From Mobula hypostoma (taxonomy: Eukaryota): a stretch of 64,000 nt of DNA. The notes below the pieces were generated by a model that was given only the letters and a program-made list of their open reading frames with translations, did no database searches and was not told where the DNA came from. A program made the translations under genes and the position numbers. The DNA lies in contig NC_086108.1 of NCBI RefSeq assembly GCF_963921235.1, positions 57,724,001 through 57,788,000 on the forward strand, in the 5' to 3' direction. Below, piece by piece: positions 1 to 14,986 of the stretch. How positions within the stretch are numbered: position 1 is the first letter of the stretch; every line of letters starts with the position of its first letter.

Positions 1-350
1 ATATAAGCAATAAATATTGAGAACACCAGTTGTAGAGTCCTTAAAAGAAAGTCCATAAGAGAATGGACCAAAGAATGAGTCCATAGGTTGTGGAATCAGT
101 TCAGTGTCGAAATGAGTGAAATTATCACCTCTGGTTCAAGAGATTGATGGTCGAGGGATAATAACTATTCACTACTTCACTTTTTTTCCCTTCCTCTTTA
201 TCCTACTGTCCACTGCTATAAGCATTTAGTTACCTTTATAATCAGTTCTTGATTACCTTTTGGAATAATGATTACTGGGGTTTACATCTGTATTATACTT
301 CTTCATTAGCAAAATGTTAAATTGTAGTGGATGGCCACTAGCTCCAATAT

Positions 351-625
351 AGGGTGGCAGGGTGGCCTAGTGGTTAGCATGACAGCACTTTACGGTACCA
401 GGAACCCGGGTTCAATTCCAGCCGCTGACTGTAAGGACCGTGTGAGTTTCCTCCGCTTTTTCTGGTTTCCTCCCATAGTCCAAAGACGTACCAGTTGGTA
501 GGTTAATTGGTCATTGTAAATTGTTCCATGATTAGGCTGGTGTTAAATCGAGGATTGTTGGGCGGCATGGCTTGAAGGCCTGGAAGCGCCTGTTCAGCAC
601 TGCAGCTCAATAAAAATAAATAAAT
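351..625 (+). mobile_element. tRNA-derived SINE, V-SINE/HE1-like
   Basis: Pol III A box TGGCCTAGTGG (363-373) and B box GGTTCAATTCC (409-419); V-domain-like core GGTTTCCTCCCATAGTCCAAAGACG; A-rich tail AATAAAAATAAATAAAT. Confidence 0.8.
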
Positions 626-1234
626 ATGAAAAGATTTTTGTTTCTATTTCGTTTAAAGTATCTCCACATGATCCATTTCATTGCCTGGGTACTATATATA
701 GCAGTGCCTCCATCATTTTGGAGTAAAAATCATACTGATCAAGAAAGTTTTCCTTTTAGAAATTCATGTCCTTATTTGACTTTAACACATTTATTGTTCT
801 GGTCAATATTGGGACAATTAATCTCTTCCAGTGTTGGAAATCCAGCTTTTGCGAAGCCTAATTTCCTTGCAAATCTGCTCCTCCTCCTCCTCCCTATTTG
901 ATAATCACTAACACGATAGAGATAATGTTTCTTTTTAAGTTTTGGCAGTTAAATCCAATCCAAATAAATTTTATCTTTGATCCCTGTAGAACAATCTCTC
1001 TTTCTAGCATTATTATATCACCCTTAATTACAACTGTCGCGATCTTTTCCCTCCCCTTCTCTTTCCTCACTGAATTCAGGAATTTTAAGCATCTGATCCT
1101 TTCTGTTTTTGAGGCAGATGTTGATTGTCATGCTAAATGATATTTTCATATGAGTATTTGCACCTGGAAAATGCTCCTCTTATTAACTGCACTTCATACA
1201 TTTGCACACTTCTGTAACACATAGACTCAAGCCA

Positions 1235-1787
1235 TATTGCTCGAGTCAGACCACATCTGGAGATTGATGAGCAGCTTTGGGATGTGCTGGCATTGGAGAT
1301 GGTCTGGAGGAGGTTCATGAGAATGATCTTGGGAAGGAAAGGGTTAACGTACGAGGAGCATTTGATGGCTTTGTGCCTCTACTAGCTGGAGTTTTGAAGA
1401 ATGAGAGGGGAACCTATTGAATGTTGAAACGTCTAGAGAGAGTGGATGTGGAGAGGATGTTTTCTACTATGAGGGAGTCTAGGACGAGAGGAGCCAACTT
1501 CAGAATACAGTGATGTCTCTTTTAGATCAGAGATGAAGAGGAATTTCTTCAGCCAGAGGGTGGTGAATTTGTGGAATTCATTGCCCCAGACAGCTGTGGA
1601 GGCCAAATCACTGGGTATATTTAAAGTGGAGGTAGAGAGGTTCTCGATTAATAAGAACGTCAAAGAATATGGAGAAAGGACAGGAGAAAGGGGTTGAGAG
1701 AGATTAAAAAAAACACCCACGACGGAATAGTGGAGCAGACTCAATTAGCTAAATAGGTTATTTCTGCTAGGTCTTATGGCCTTATGA
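1235..1787 (+). mobile_element. CR1 LINE 3' fragment (decayed)
   Basis: CR1 ORF2 C-terminal DNA (AGACCACATCTGGAG, GAGTCTAGGACGAGAGG, TTCTTCAGCCAGAGGGTGGTGAAT) followed by a TCTTATGG-type tail. Confidence 0.8.
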
Positions 1788-3089
1788 GTCACGTGAAAGA
1801 AAGTAAAATAAGCCGTGGAAAAAACTCATTCACCTATATCATAAAATTGTAGACTCAAGTTCCACTTGAGAGATGTGTATATGAGAATCTGGGCTGGAAC
1901 TGCTCTGTGAATAAATGCCATTGGTTTGCAATGTAACATCTGTCATATTCCAGCAATAATTGGTCCATTTTCTTATCAAAAACATGGCATCCCAGTAGTG
2001 CAGTTCTCCCTCAGAGCTACCCTACTAGCTTAGGAATGCTTTCTTTATCTTCTGTTCCTTCATCACCAGTGCCTGCATGAGTTCTGGCTAGCATAACATG
2101 CAGAGTATTAACAAAGGTAATAGGAGCTCTCTCATATGTTTATTTAGTTTATTCAAGGTTCTTCTCAGATATGGACATGCACACGATCAAGTACTTGATG
2201 TAGTGGCACATATTTGGATGCACTAAACCATATGAATTACCTCATTTTCCCAATTTCCTCCTCCCCCACCCACCCATCACTGATAGCAGCCACTCATGCT
2301 TGGTGATCCATTACATGCAGAATATTCTACTCAGCTAACCTCTAAATCATTATCTGAGCTGATGACTGGAAATGTTAAATTAAATGGTGGTGTATCATTG
2401 GTTTTTAATTGTAGTTATTAGCTATCTGAATGAAGAAAAGAAGAAATTTTGAGTTGTAGTGAAACTGAGATGTGCATGCTTATATCACCCGTAGATTGTA
2501 CATTAGCAGGAATATGGGTAGAGGGAGAAATGAGAATGGACAGAATTAGTTATGTTTCAGCTCTTCCAGTAGTCTTTGGTTCAGTAATATTTGACATTAT
2601 TCTATCATTCCCCATCATATAAGGATGACTGATCTTTGCTAGATAGATCACACATATATAAAACTATCTGTCATAGTTGAATAGATGACAGTGTGTTCAA
2701 ACCACAGGAGGTAGGGATGATGTTTACAGAGGGTACAGGATGTTAGGGAGTGTTGCAGTATATGAATGTTAAACGTGGCTGATGCCAGCTGCAAATTGGA
2801 AGTTTGTGAATATCAAGCAACACACCTACAGTAAAAGCAGCAGATGAGAGTTATCCTGCTTGAAGATTCTCTCTCCTGTTTCTTTAGGGCTATGCATATT
2901 AATCCATTGTCTTTCCTGTTAATCCATTGAAATAGTTTCCTTTAGTTGTTGTTATATGCATCCAATGGAGTTCCCTAAAACAGTATGTGGATAGCCTAAC
3001 TTGAGGAGGGACTACGGATCTATTCAAATATTGTTTTAAGAAACTTTCCAGCCTTGGGTGATGGACCTTTCAGTGGGGAACACTTGGCT

Positions 3090-4020
3090 TGGCTTATTAT
3101 TCTCACATACACCAATGAACATGTCCTGCATACTGTTCATACCCATCAAGCCATCACAGTGCATTCAGGTGGTACAAGGTAAAACCAAATGTAAAATAAA
3201 GTGTAACAGTTACAAAGAAAGTGCAGGAAGACAATAAGGTGCAAGATCATTACAAAGTTGATTGTGAGTTTGAGAGTCTACCTTATAGTACTAGGGGCCA
3301 CTTAATAGTCTTATAACATCAGGGTAGAAGCTATCCTTGAGCCCGGTAGTACATGCTTTCAGGCATTTGCATCTTTTTGCCCTATAAGAGACGACGGAAA
3401 AGAAAATGTTTGGGGTGGGTGGGGTCTTTGACTATACTGACTGCATGGAGTGGAGACTGGTTTTTATGATGTGCTGGGCTGTGTTCACAACTCTGCAGTT
3501 TCTTGCAGTCATAGGCATAGCAGTTGCTATACCAAATGTGATGCTTCCAGACAGGGTGCTTTCTATAGTGCTTCATAAAAATTGGCAGTGGTCAATAGGG
3601 ACATGCCAAATTTCCTCACTCTTGAGGAAGTAGACTTGTTGTCTTGCCACCACGTTACTGAACTCTATTTACTTCAAATACTCTGATGCATGGTTATTTG
3701 AGATGTGGCCCACTGCAGAGGTATCATGTATAAACTTGCAGATGGGGCTGGAGCATAATCTGGCCACATAGTCATGAGTATACAGGAAGAAGAGTAGGGC
3801 CCTGAGGATGCAGCCTTGTGGAGCACCAGTACTGAGAATAATTGTGGTGGAGGTGTTGCTGCCTATCCTTACTGATTCTGATCTATTGTTCAGGAAATCA
3901 AAGAACCATTTGTAGAGGGAGGTGTGACTCCCAGAGTTTGGTAAAGGGTTTGCTTGGAATTATAGTATTGAAGGCAGAGCTGTCATCAATAAACAATAAT
4001 CTAATATTATTTGCTTTATT
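3090..4020 (-). mobile_element. Rex1/Babar-type LINE 3' fragment (decayed)
   Basis: Minus ORF 3898-4086 contains [24 protein letters not shown]-like RT DNA near 3810-3830; family 3' tail near 3090-3260. Confidence 0.75.
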
Positions 4021-4034
4021 CAGAGATACAGCAT

Positions 4035-4372
4035 GGAACAGGGTGGTGTATTTACTGATAGAAGATTTTAAAGTTGTGAGAGTCATAGGTAATCAGACTC
4101 CTTTCCACAGCACAGGAAAGTTAACACCAGAGGACATGCCTTTAAGGTTGAGGGGTGGTGGAATTTAAAGGTGATGTGAGAGGCAATTTTTTTTAATGCA
4201 GAGTGGTAGGTGTTTGGAATGGGTTATTAGCTGTAGTAGTGGAAGCAGGTACTCTGGTGGAGCTTAAACAGTTTTTAGGTGGATACATGAATATGGATGA
4301 ATCGCAGGAGGAGGGCGTTTAGTATAAATTGGCATCAAGATCAACACAAGAATGGCTGTACTGTTCTATATT
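4035..4372 (+). mobile_element. CR1 3' fragment
   Basis: TTTAAGGTTGAGGGG...GAGTGGTAGGTGTTTGGAAT...CTGTACTGTTCTAT, the typical CR1 3' end. Confidence 0.65.
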
Positions 4373-4527
4373 CTAGAAGCAAATTCCCATGTTGAAGGTT
4401 GGAAAACTGCCCCATAACCAGATTTTGCTGCTGAATTGCACCAGAGTCAAGTGGCCATGCATTATGACAGACAATGAAGTTTGTTCTAGGCTTGCAATGG
4501 GTCCACAAACTTCCAGGCTGTACTTAC

Positions 4528-4590
4528 CTGCAAAGGGCAAAATGCTGACATTCTCTTTGGGTGATTGTTTACAGTCAGCTTGATTCGGCA
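4528..4590 (-). other. Candidate 63-bp spliced exon (host transcript unknown)
   Basis: Minus strand reads ctattttcag|TGCCGAATC...TTTGCAG|gtaagt; length is a multiple of 3; open as xPNQADCKQSPKENVSILPFA or CRIKLTVNNHPKRMSAFCPLQ. Confidence 0.3.
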
Positions 4591-4671
4591 CTGAAAATAG
4601 ATCAATTTTTGTTAATAGCTATTGCATAACAAATGCAGTATCCATTTGATTCTGTTTGAATTGAGGCCCTC

Positions 4672-4900
4672 TGAAGCACCTTCAATTACTCCAAAAGACT
4701 GAGGTGTGGTAAAATACTGAAAGGCTTTTATTCGCTGTACAATACGACCTCCACAGTGAGTGTCTGCCCCCGGACTGGGGGGGAGGGGCAAGGCGAACAC
4801 ATTTATACAGGACTCTGTGGGAGGGACCACAGGGGCAGCCAGCAGAGGGGCGTGCCCAGACAGGCAACCGAGCCACAACATATATACATGGTTTACCACA
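4672..4900 (-). mobile_element. Solo LTR (229 bp) with 5-bp TSD
   Basis: TG...CA termini; CCCTC at both 4667-4671 and 4901-4905; on the minus strand TATAAAT (4801-4807) precedes AATAAA (4727-4732). Confidence 0.85.
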
Positions 4901-5519
4901 CCCTCTTTCCTCCAATTACGTGCTTACATTGTATGGATTCTGAGTTGGTGCTGCTTTGCTACTATAAATTTATTTGTTGTCCCTGGTTTAGATCTTATGT
5001 GATTCGTTGTTGAATTACATCGGAATTGGAACATTTTACATGCAGTCATTGCAAACTAAATGGCCAAATCATTTATAATTAATTATACTGGTCAGATTAT
5101 TGAAAACAAAACTGTTCTCATTTGAAATCATTTTTTCCCCAAAACACTTTTTTATAAGCACAAAGCTTAATAACACCAGAGTGGAACCTCTTGCTATCCC
5201 CAGTTTATATGTGATGGAAATTCAACAAGCGGAGACCGCAACAGTTTCTCTGAGTATTTCCAGGATTTTGTTTATGTTTCTCTTCACATTCCCAGCAGTA
5301 GCAATACTTTACCTTTCATGTCTCTATTGCATATTTTTTAGTCAAATACTAAATAGGACTGGAGGTCTTCAATCACAAGTCTTTGAAACTCTTCCTCAAA
5401 ACATTGCTGGCTGTTACTAAATAAGTCAATAAAATCTCTATCTACTGTGTATAGTTTAATCTCACTATGAAGCCATAAAATCTATTTAAGTTAGATGTTT
5501 GGTTTGATCCTTTGGTTAG

Positions 5520-6180
5520 ATCTCAGCCTCTGTACCCCCATCTGCAACTGGATTCTTGAGTTCCTCATAGGGAGACCATAGTCAGTACAGATTGGTGATA
5601 ACATGCTCTCCTTGCTGATAATCAGCACAGGCGATCCTCAAGGATGCAGGCTTAGCCCATTGCTCTACTTTCTGTACATTCATGATTGTGTGGCCAGGCA
5701 GAGCGCAACCATCATCAATAAATTTGCTGATGGCAGTACAGTTATTGGTAGAAACTCAGTTGTCGATAAGGAGGAACAGAAGAGCGAAATAGATCGGCTG
5801 GCTGAGTAGCGTCAGAACAACAACCTCAAATAAGGTCAGCAAGTCCAAAGAATTGATTGTGAACTCCAGGAATGGGAAGGCAGGAAAACATACACCAGTC
5901 CTTATTGAGGGGTCAGTTGTAGAAAGAGTGTCAACATCTCAGGAGCTATCCTGGGCTCACCATATTGATCCATACTCAGTGTTTTATCCATCTCCATCTC
6001 CACCATTAGATTTCTGAGTAGTCCATGAATTCCTGACCATTACCTCACTCTCTTTTACACAATTTATTTATTTAATGCCTTTATTAAGACATAGAGTTAA
6101 TTTTTATGTCTTGCAATGTACTGCTGCCACCAACAACAAATTTCACAACACATGTCAGTGATGATAAATTTCATTTTGGT
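5520..6180 (+). mobile_element. Rex1/Babar-type LINE fragment
   Basis: ORF 5603-5809 GDPQGCRLSPLLYFLYIHDC...KFADG (RT); 3' tail CTGCTGCCACCAACAACAAATTTCAC. Confidence 0.75.
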
Positions 6181-6199
6181 TTTTAACTTGTGCTTAATT

Positions 6200-7645
6200 A
6201 CTTTTAAATCCCATACTTCAGTCCTATGTCTCTTATAATTCCATATATTTGTATCAGGTCACCTCTCTGCCTCCTTTACTCCAGGGCAAACTAGCCCAGC
6301 CTATCCAATCACTTTGCATAACTAAAATTTTCCAATCTAGCCAACATCCTGGTGAAACTGCTCCTTGTTCTCTCCATATTCTCTTCCTGTAGAATGAGAA
6401 CTGTGCACAATACTCCAAATGTGATGTAAGTAATATTTTGTAAAGATGCAGGGTAATATCCCACATTGCATATTCCATACCCAGACCCATGAAGGCAAAA
6501 ATGCTTTATGCCTTTTTCAGCACCCCATCTACTTGTGTTGTCATTTTTAAGAAACTACTGAGCTGAACTCCAAGCTCCGTCTTTTCAACAACATTACGGT
6601 ACTTGGTTCTCTATAATTTGCCATATACATCAAACCCCAATTTGCCTTTTGTTTGAAATTAAATTCCATCTGCCAAGACTGCCTACAACTTTGCATCTGA
6701 TCTATATCTTTCTGTAGCTGTAGACAGCATTCCTCTCTACTTGCTACATCACCAACTTTCATGCCATTTGCAAGCTTGTTCATTATACCTCCTATATTTG
6801 CATCCACTTCATTAATATACTGTATATCACAAGCAACAAGGCCACCAGCACCGATCGGGGCAGCTCACCACTGGAAAAAGGCTTTGACCAGAAAAACGTC
6901 CTTCCATCAGTATCTCCTGCCTCCTATAATCAAGCCAATTTTTAAATAATCCGATTAGCCAGATAACCTTCTGGACCAAGTTAACGTGTGGGACCTTGTC
7001 AGATGTGTGTCTACCACTCTACCTTTAACACTTCACAGTTACATCTCAAAATACTGAATCAAGTTAGTGAGAGAGGATTTCCCACATACAAAGTCCTATT
7101 GACTATCCTGATCAATCCCTGCTTTTTCAAATGTATATAAATCTTACTCCTTTGGATTTTCTCCTAAGTACTTCCCTTCCATTGAAGAAAAGCTCACAGG
7201 CCTGTAGCTACTTGACCTACTCCTGCTGTCCTCAAATAAAAGAGCAACAATAGTTATTCTCCAGTCTTCCAACACGAACCTGTGATAAGAAACTTGGAAA
7301 AAATCTTTGTTTGAACCCCAGTGATAAATTATATTGAGCCCTGAGAATTTATCAACTTTTATGTGTCCCATTCCTCCCCCTTCATCCTGACCAGCTCCAG
7401 ATTTTCAACATTCTTTTCATTGAACTTGCCATCTTCTAAATACTTCTTTGTGAGTACAGGTGAGAAGTATTCATTTAAGACCTTGCCCAGATTGCCCAAC
7501 TCTCTGTATATAGATAACCCCTTTTGGTCTCTCAGAGAACCCATGCTTTCCTTGCCATCCTCTTGCTCCAGATATACTTAAAGATGTCTTGGGATATTCG
7601 TTAGACTTACTTGCCAAGAATTATTCATGATCCCTTTTTGCCTTT
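6200..7645 (-). mobile_element. CR1 LINE ORF2 fragment (decayed)
   Basis: Minus ORFs contain HLEYCAQF, LQKDIDQM...WQMEFN, IKVDKFSG...YRPVS and LNEYFSPV. Confidence 0.8.
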
Positions 7646-7649
7646 TTAT

Positions 7650-8870
7650 GATCATAGAGCAATATGGTATGGAAATCAGGAACATTAGCCCAACTGATCA
7701 TGTTGCCTGACTGAGCTAAATCCCATTTGCCTGCATTTGGCCCAATCCCCCCAAAATCTCCTCTATCCAAATACTTGTCCAATTACTCCTCTATGATTTG
7801 CTCTGCTGGGTTATTTCATGACATGTGTCGCACTGTGGAAATAGTCGCCATTAGACCCCTTTTAAGTCATTCCACTCTCACTTTAAACCTTGGTCCACTA
7901 GTTTTGAGCTCCCCTATCTTGGGGGAGAAAACTGTGGCTTTTCACCATATTATAAGACTCTATAAGGCCATCCATTGGCCTCGTCTACTCCAAGACAAAA
8001 AGATAATTGATCCTCTCCTTATGACTTAACTCTTTCATTCTTAGTCACCCCATTGTGTCTTTTTTGTACCCTGTACAGCTTAATGATATCCCTCCTGTAG
8101 CAGATGATGAAACAACTCCTGTAGTTGATAGCCTGACTGATGAAGGCAAGTAGACAAAGCATCATCTTCACCACCCTGTGTCGGAACTCCCAGGAAATTA
8201 TGTATTTGTACCCTTAGGTCTCTCTGTTAAACAGCACTCCCCAGCACTCTACCAGTTACTTTTTAAGTACTGCCCTGACTTGTCTTATGAAAATGCAGCA
8301 GCTCATATTTATCTCAAGTCAAGTCAAGTCACTTTTATTGTCATTTCAACCATAACTGCTGGTACAGAACACAGTAAAAATGAGACGATGTTTTCCAGGA
8401 CCATGGTGCTATATGAAACAATACAAAAACTACACTAGACTACAGTCCTATCCACGACTGTAGTCTGTGCACAAAACAGTGCAGGCACTACAATACATAA
8501 TAATAAATAATAAACAAGACAGTAGGCACAGTAGAGGGTACAGTAGGTTGGTGTCAGTCCAGGCTCTGGGTATTGAGGAGTCTGATGGCTTGGGAGAAGA
8601 AACTGTTACATAGTCTGGTCGTGAGATCCCGAATGCTTCGGTGCCTTTTGCCAGATGGCAGGAGGGAGAAGCGTTTATATGAGGGGTGCGTGGGGTCCTT
8701 CATAGTGCTGTTTGCTTTGTGGATGCAGCCTCATTTGTCAATCACCTGCCCACTGGGAATTGATATCCTGTTGTAATCATAGGCAACCTTCTTCACTGTC
8801 CTCTATCCAGCAATTTTTGTGTGATCTTCAAATTTACAGAACATGACACTTACAATCTCACCTAAATTGA
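7650..8870 (-). mobile_element. CR1 3' fragment interrupted by the Rex1/Babar insert at 8315-8729
   Basis: Reverse CR1 tail at 7650-7760; KFEDHTKIAG (decayed FADDTK) at the 8803-8830 end. Confidence 0.6.
8315..8729 (-). mobile_element. Rex1/Babar 3' end, same subfamily as 63264-64000
   Basis: (CAAGT)n tail followed by CACTTTTATTGTCATTTC.ACCATAACTGCTGGTACAGAAC, nearly identical to 63264-63710. Confidence 0.85.
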
Positions 8871-10029
8871 TAGTATAAATAATGTATAATGGGAATAGAG
8901 TGAGATGATGGAAGGATTTGAACAAAGGAATCAGAATTTTAAATTCGAGGCATTGGTGGTGAGGAGTCCATGTTTCAGCAAGCACATCTATGAACACAGA
9001 AGACTATGGCTATTTATATTATCTATGGCCCTCATAAATTTTTATAAACCTCCTAAGGTAACTTTGCTAATTTCTTCCTTAAGTTCTCTTCTGTGTACTA
9101 TATTCCTCGAGAGATTTGTTCTATTCCAGTTGCTATTTCCTTAAATATATTTGATAACCCATTTACTGTTATATCTTTTAATATAATTTTATGGGCATCT
9201 TAGCTAGCTTACCTTTCATAACTGTATATTTAGCAATAATTAATCTTTTGAATTCAACTAATGTGGAACCAAGAAAGGTAGAACATTGTAAATGGCAAGA
9301 AACTTGGAAATGGTGCAAACATTCTTTAAAATCTCATGGATAGATACCAAAAATAATGGACTAACAAAACATTATTCTTTATATCAATTAGCCTGGAGCA
9401 AATGGGGTAAGTTTTATAGTTTCAAGCTTTGCCCAAACTTACACTGCACAAAGGGTATTAGCATTCCACAGCTACTTGTTTCCAGGTAACACACATGATT
9501 GCCACTTAGACAGTTCTTCACTCTTCTCTCTCATGTAGACCAACAGAATCTGCAGAATCTTAAATGTTAAGCCATGTGTAATTCCTTACCTATTTCAGAG
9601 TTTGTCATGAGCCTGCCTGACCCTTGACCCTATTTCTGTATTTCTCTAACAAATCTGGGCCTCCTGACATTTGAAACATTAATTAAAATTAGTTGATCAT
9701 AAATTTCTTACTTGCACCTGTTCTTTTTTGTAGATGTGCTTCCTGATCTATATGCCATTGAATTTAAAATTCTGATCCCCATATTCAAATCCCTTCAAAA
9801 TCTCACTTGATTCCATTTTTAGTGCAGTTTCTCAATTTCTCATTTCCATTGGAGACTGCCTTCCAATGTTTCCATTTTATAAGATTGCTTATTAACTCTG
9901 TGAAGATGTCTGATTCAATTTTCTTTGTTAGTTTAATATAATTTTGACTAATTTGTCTCCTATGATATGCATATAAATGCAAGCTGTTTTTATAAAGAGG
10001 ATTTAATTTATTTTTGTGTGATTATGGAA

Positions 10030-13000
10030 AAGTTGAAAGTTGCCTGCATTCTTGATGGTAAGGTAATTCTGATGGATAGTTTAGTCCTGAATGTCCATAA
10101 ACTATTTAACCCCTGGGTTGTGGAGGAGTTGTGAGATGCCTCACATCCAAACCCAGGCGAAAGGCTCAATGCCTTTATGTGCCTTATTTAGTTGGAGTCC
10201 TTAAACACCATTTCCACTCAAAATTCCAACTGACTCTCCTTTTAAAAAAAATTCTTGAGAGGAGGTTGAGCAGCCAGAGGTCATTACAATACACGTTGAT
10301 ACAAATGACACTGTTAGAAGGAGGGGCAAGATCCTGCAGAATGAGTATAGGGAGGTGGGTAAATAAGTTAAGAAGCAGACCCTCAAGGGCAGTGATTTCC
10401 AGATTACGCCCAGTGCCATGTGCTATTAAGGTCAGAAATCGAAGGATAGATCAGATGAATTTTCAGCTGAGGAGCTCGTGCAGGAAACAGAGATTCAAGT
10501 CCTTGGACTATTGGGTTGGTTGCACTTGGATCAATAACCTGGCAGGGAAATTTGCTCATGCTACACATGAGCATTTAACCTAGACTGGAAGGGTTTGGGA
10601 CACTGAGCAGTAGCAAATCATAGGCTAAAGCAGTAGCCAGCAAAAGCAAGTAGTCAGAATAGCCAGTGTCACTGTAAAGGCAAGGAAAGGGCTATTCAGT
10701 TAAATTGCATTTATTTCAATGCTGAAGGTTTAACAGGTAAGGTGAATGAACTCAGGGTATGGATTGGGGACTGCAATAACAGAAACATGTGTGAGAGGAG
10801 GGCATGACTGGCAGCTCAATATTCCAGGACTCAGATACTACAGGTGTGACAGAGGAACAGATAAACGAGGAGGCACTGTCACCTTCTTGATGAGGGAAAA
10901 TGGAACAGCAGTACTTAGAGATTTTTTTTGGGGGGGGTTACCTTGAGGCCTTTTGGGTAGAACTTAGAAACATGAAGGCAATGGTTATTCCAGTGGTGTT
11001 GTATTATAGATCCCCCCCCCCCCCAGTATTCAACTGGAACTTGAGCAGGCATGTAGAGAAATTGCTCATAGTTGTGAGAGCAATAGCATTGTGTTAATGA
11101 CAGGTTTTAATTTCCCTGATATTCTCTGGACTATCCAGAGTGTTAATGGCCTGAATGGGTTGAATTTATGAAATGTGTCCAGGAATGTTTCCTGAGCAAT
11201 ATATAGAGGGCCCTCTTTGGGGGTGTGCAATACTATCTGAGAAAACAAGGTGGGGTAAGTAACTGAAGTGGCAGCCAGGGAGCACTTTGGCTCTACTGAT
11301 GAGAATTCTATTCGTTTTACGAAGTGATAGAAAAGGATGGGACAGGTCCATTGATTAGGGTCAAAAACTGGAGCAAAGCTAATTTTGGGGGAATAAGGCA
11401 GGATCCAGCAGAGCTCAACTGGGTGAGCTGTTTCAAGGGAAAAGAATGAGGAGCAAATGGGAGGCTGTAGGAGTGTGATATTAAGAGTCCAAGCACAGCA
11501 TGCTCCTGTGAAGGTGAAGGCTAAATCTGGTAAGTTTTACAGAACCTTGGCTGATCAGGGAGATTGAAGCTCTGGTCAAGAAAAATGAAGCATACTCTGG
11601 GTTTACAAGGTCAGGAATGAGTGAATCTATTGATGACTTTTGAAGGATTAAGCGTAATCTTAAGAGGGAAATCAAGATGGCAAAGAAAGCATATGAGATG
11701 GATCTGGAAGACAATGTTAAGGCAAATCTGAAGAGGTTTTTTTTGCTGTGCAAGGAATAAAAAGATCAGCAGGTCCACTTGCATCTTGAGCTGCAGGAGA
11801 TGGGTGGGATTTTTAATGAATATTTCTCTTCAGTATTTACCGAGTGGGGGAAAATCATGATTGCCCATAAGATGGGGGTGGCAGGAAAACAAGTGGAGAT
11901 GTTTTGGAAGATATTTGTACTACCAGGGAGAAAGTATTTGCAGCCTTACACTGCACTAAGGTTGATAAATCTCAGGCCATGACTGAGTGTATCCTTGGAC
12001 TTTATGGGAGGCTAGCGGAGAAAACACGGAGGCCTTTGCGAAGATATTTGTTTCATTAGCCACTGTGAAGTTCACGAAGGAAGGTTATCAATATTCTGTT
12101 TGAGAAGGGTAGCAAGTACGAGCCAGTGAACTGATGTCAGCATAACGTCAATTGTATGAAAGTTACTGCAGAGAATTCTGACGGATGGGATCTGCCAGCA
12201 TTTGGATACTCAGAGTCTACTTAGGAGGAGTCACCCGGACTTTGTGCTTAATAGATATTTTGGAGTTTTTTGAAGAGGTAATTAAAATGGTAGATATGAG
12301 TAGGGGTGTGGATGTTATCTGTTTTGAATTCAGCAAGGCCTTTGACAAGGTCATCATGATACTGTTCTGCAAGATTAGTGGATTCAAAATTGGCTGAAAG
12401 GTAGGAAGCAGGGAGTGATAATTCAAAATAATTTCTAAGAATGCAGGCTCGTGATTAGTGCGCTGCGGGGGTCTGTGTTTTATTCATTATTTATACAAAT
12501 GATTTAAATACAAATGCACAAGGCTTGATCAGTAAGTCTGAGGATGGCACAAAATTAGGAGTGTGTTTTTGATGGTGATAAAGGTTACCATAGACTGCAG
12601 GGGAGTCTTGATCAGTTAGGGAAGTGGGCCAAGGAGTGGCAAATGGATTTCATTACAGATAAGTGTGGAAAGTCTAGCCAATGTAGGGCTTATACTTGGA
12701 ATGTTATGGCACTGGGGAATGTAATGGAACAGAGAGATCTCAGAGTGCAAATGCAGAGTTTGTTAAAAGCAGCTTCAGAGATGGGCAGGGTGGCAATAAT
12801 GGTGTTTAGCACACTATCCTTCAGTCAGGGCACCGAGTATAGCAGCTGAAACATGTTGGAGTTGCACAGATTGTTGGTGAGGCCACACTTGGAATACAGC
12901 ATACAGTTTTGATCACCCTGTTGTAGAAAAGCCGTAGTTAAACTGGAACAGGTGCAGAGAAGATTTAAGGATAATGCTAGGACTGGAAGGCCTGAGTTAT

Positions 13001-13425
13001 AGGGAGAGGTTGTCCAGGTTAAATCTGTATTCTTTGGAACACAGGAGAATGAGGGGTGGCCTTATAGTAACTTTTAAAATTATGAGAGACATAGATATGG
13101 TGGATGGTAACAGTCTTTTTCTCAGAGTAGGGAAGTCCAAAACAAAGATATAGGGTGAGAGGGAAAAGTTTTAAAACAGACCTGAGGGGCAACATTTTGT
13201 CACAAAGATGATGATGAGTATATGATTGAGTTGCCAGAGGAGGTAGTTGAGGCAGATACAATAGCATCATTCACAAAGCATTTGGATAGTTAAAATGGAA
13301 GGGTGAGGATGAGAGGGCTATGGGCTGACCGCAGGAAATTGGGACCAGCTGGGTGGGCATCTTGTTGGCATGGACTCAGTGGGCTAAAGTGCCTATGTCT
13401 GTACTGTATTGCTCCATAACTCTAA
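10030..13425 (+). mobile_element. Near-full-length decayed CR1 LINE (esterase-type ORF1 remnant + APE/RT ORF2)
   Basis: EQPEVITIHVDTND near 10270-10310 (SGNH-like); LNCIYFNA and AITET (APE) from about 10700; FNEYFSSVFT, EFFEEV...FSKAFDKV, WQMDF, HLEY; 3' tail near 13400-13425; many stops and frameshifts. Confidence 0.85.
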
Positions 13426-13612
13426 AATTGCTAAGATTATCTGAGGTGTTGCAAGAACTGAAATCCGCTAATTGATGATTGAAACGTGAGGTCTGAAGAA
13501 TCGTGACTTTATTCGCTGGCATTAAGGAAGTGCTGAGTAAGAGGTATACTTTGTTGTGTTTAGACAGCCATGAAACAGGAACAATGATACCTGGCCATGT
13601 CTTCAGCGTATA

Positions 13613-14986
<1,374 letters not shown>

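Noticed and set aside
360..430. tRNA gene
   Set aside because: A and B boxes are present but continue into a V-SINE body and tail; no convincing cloverleaf
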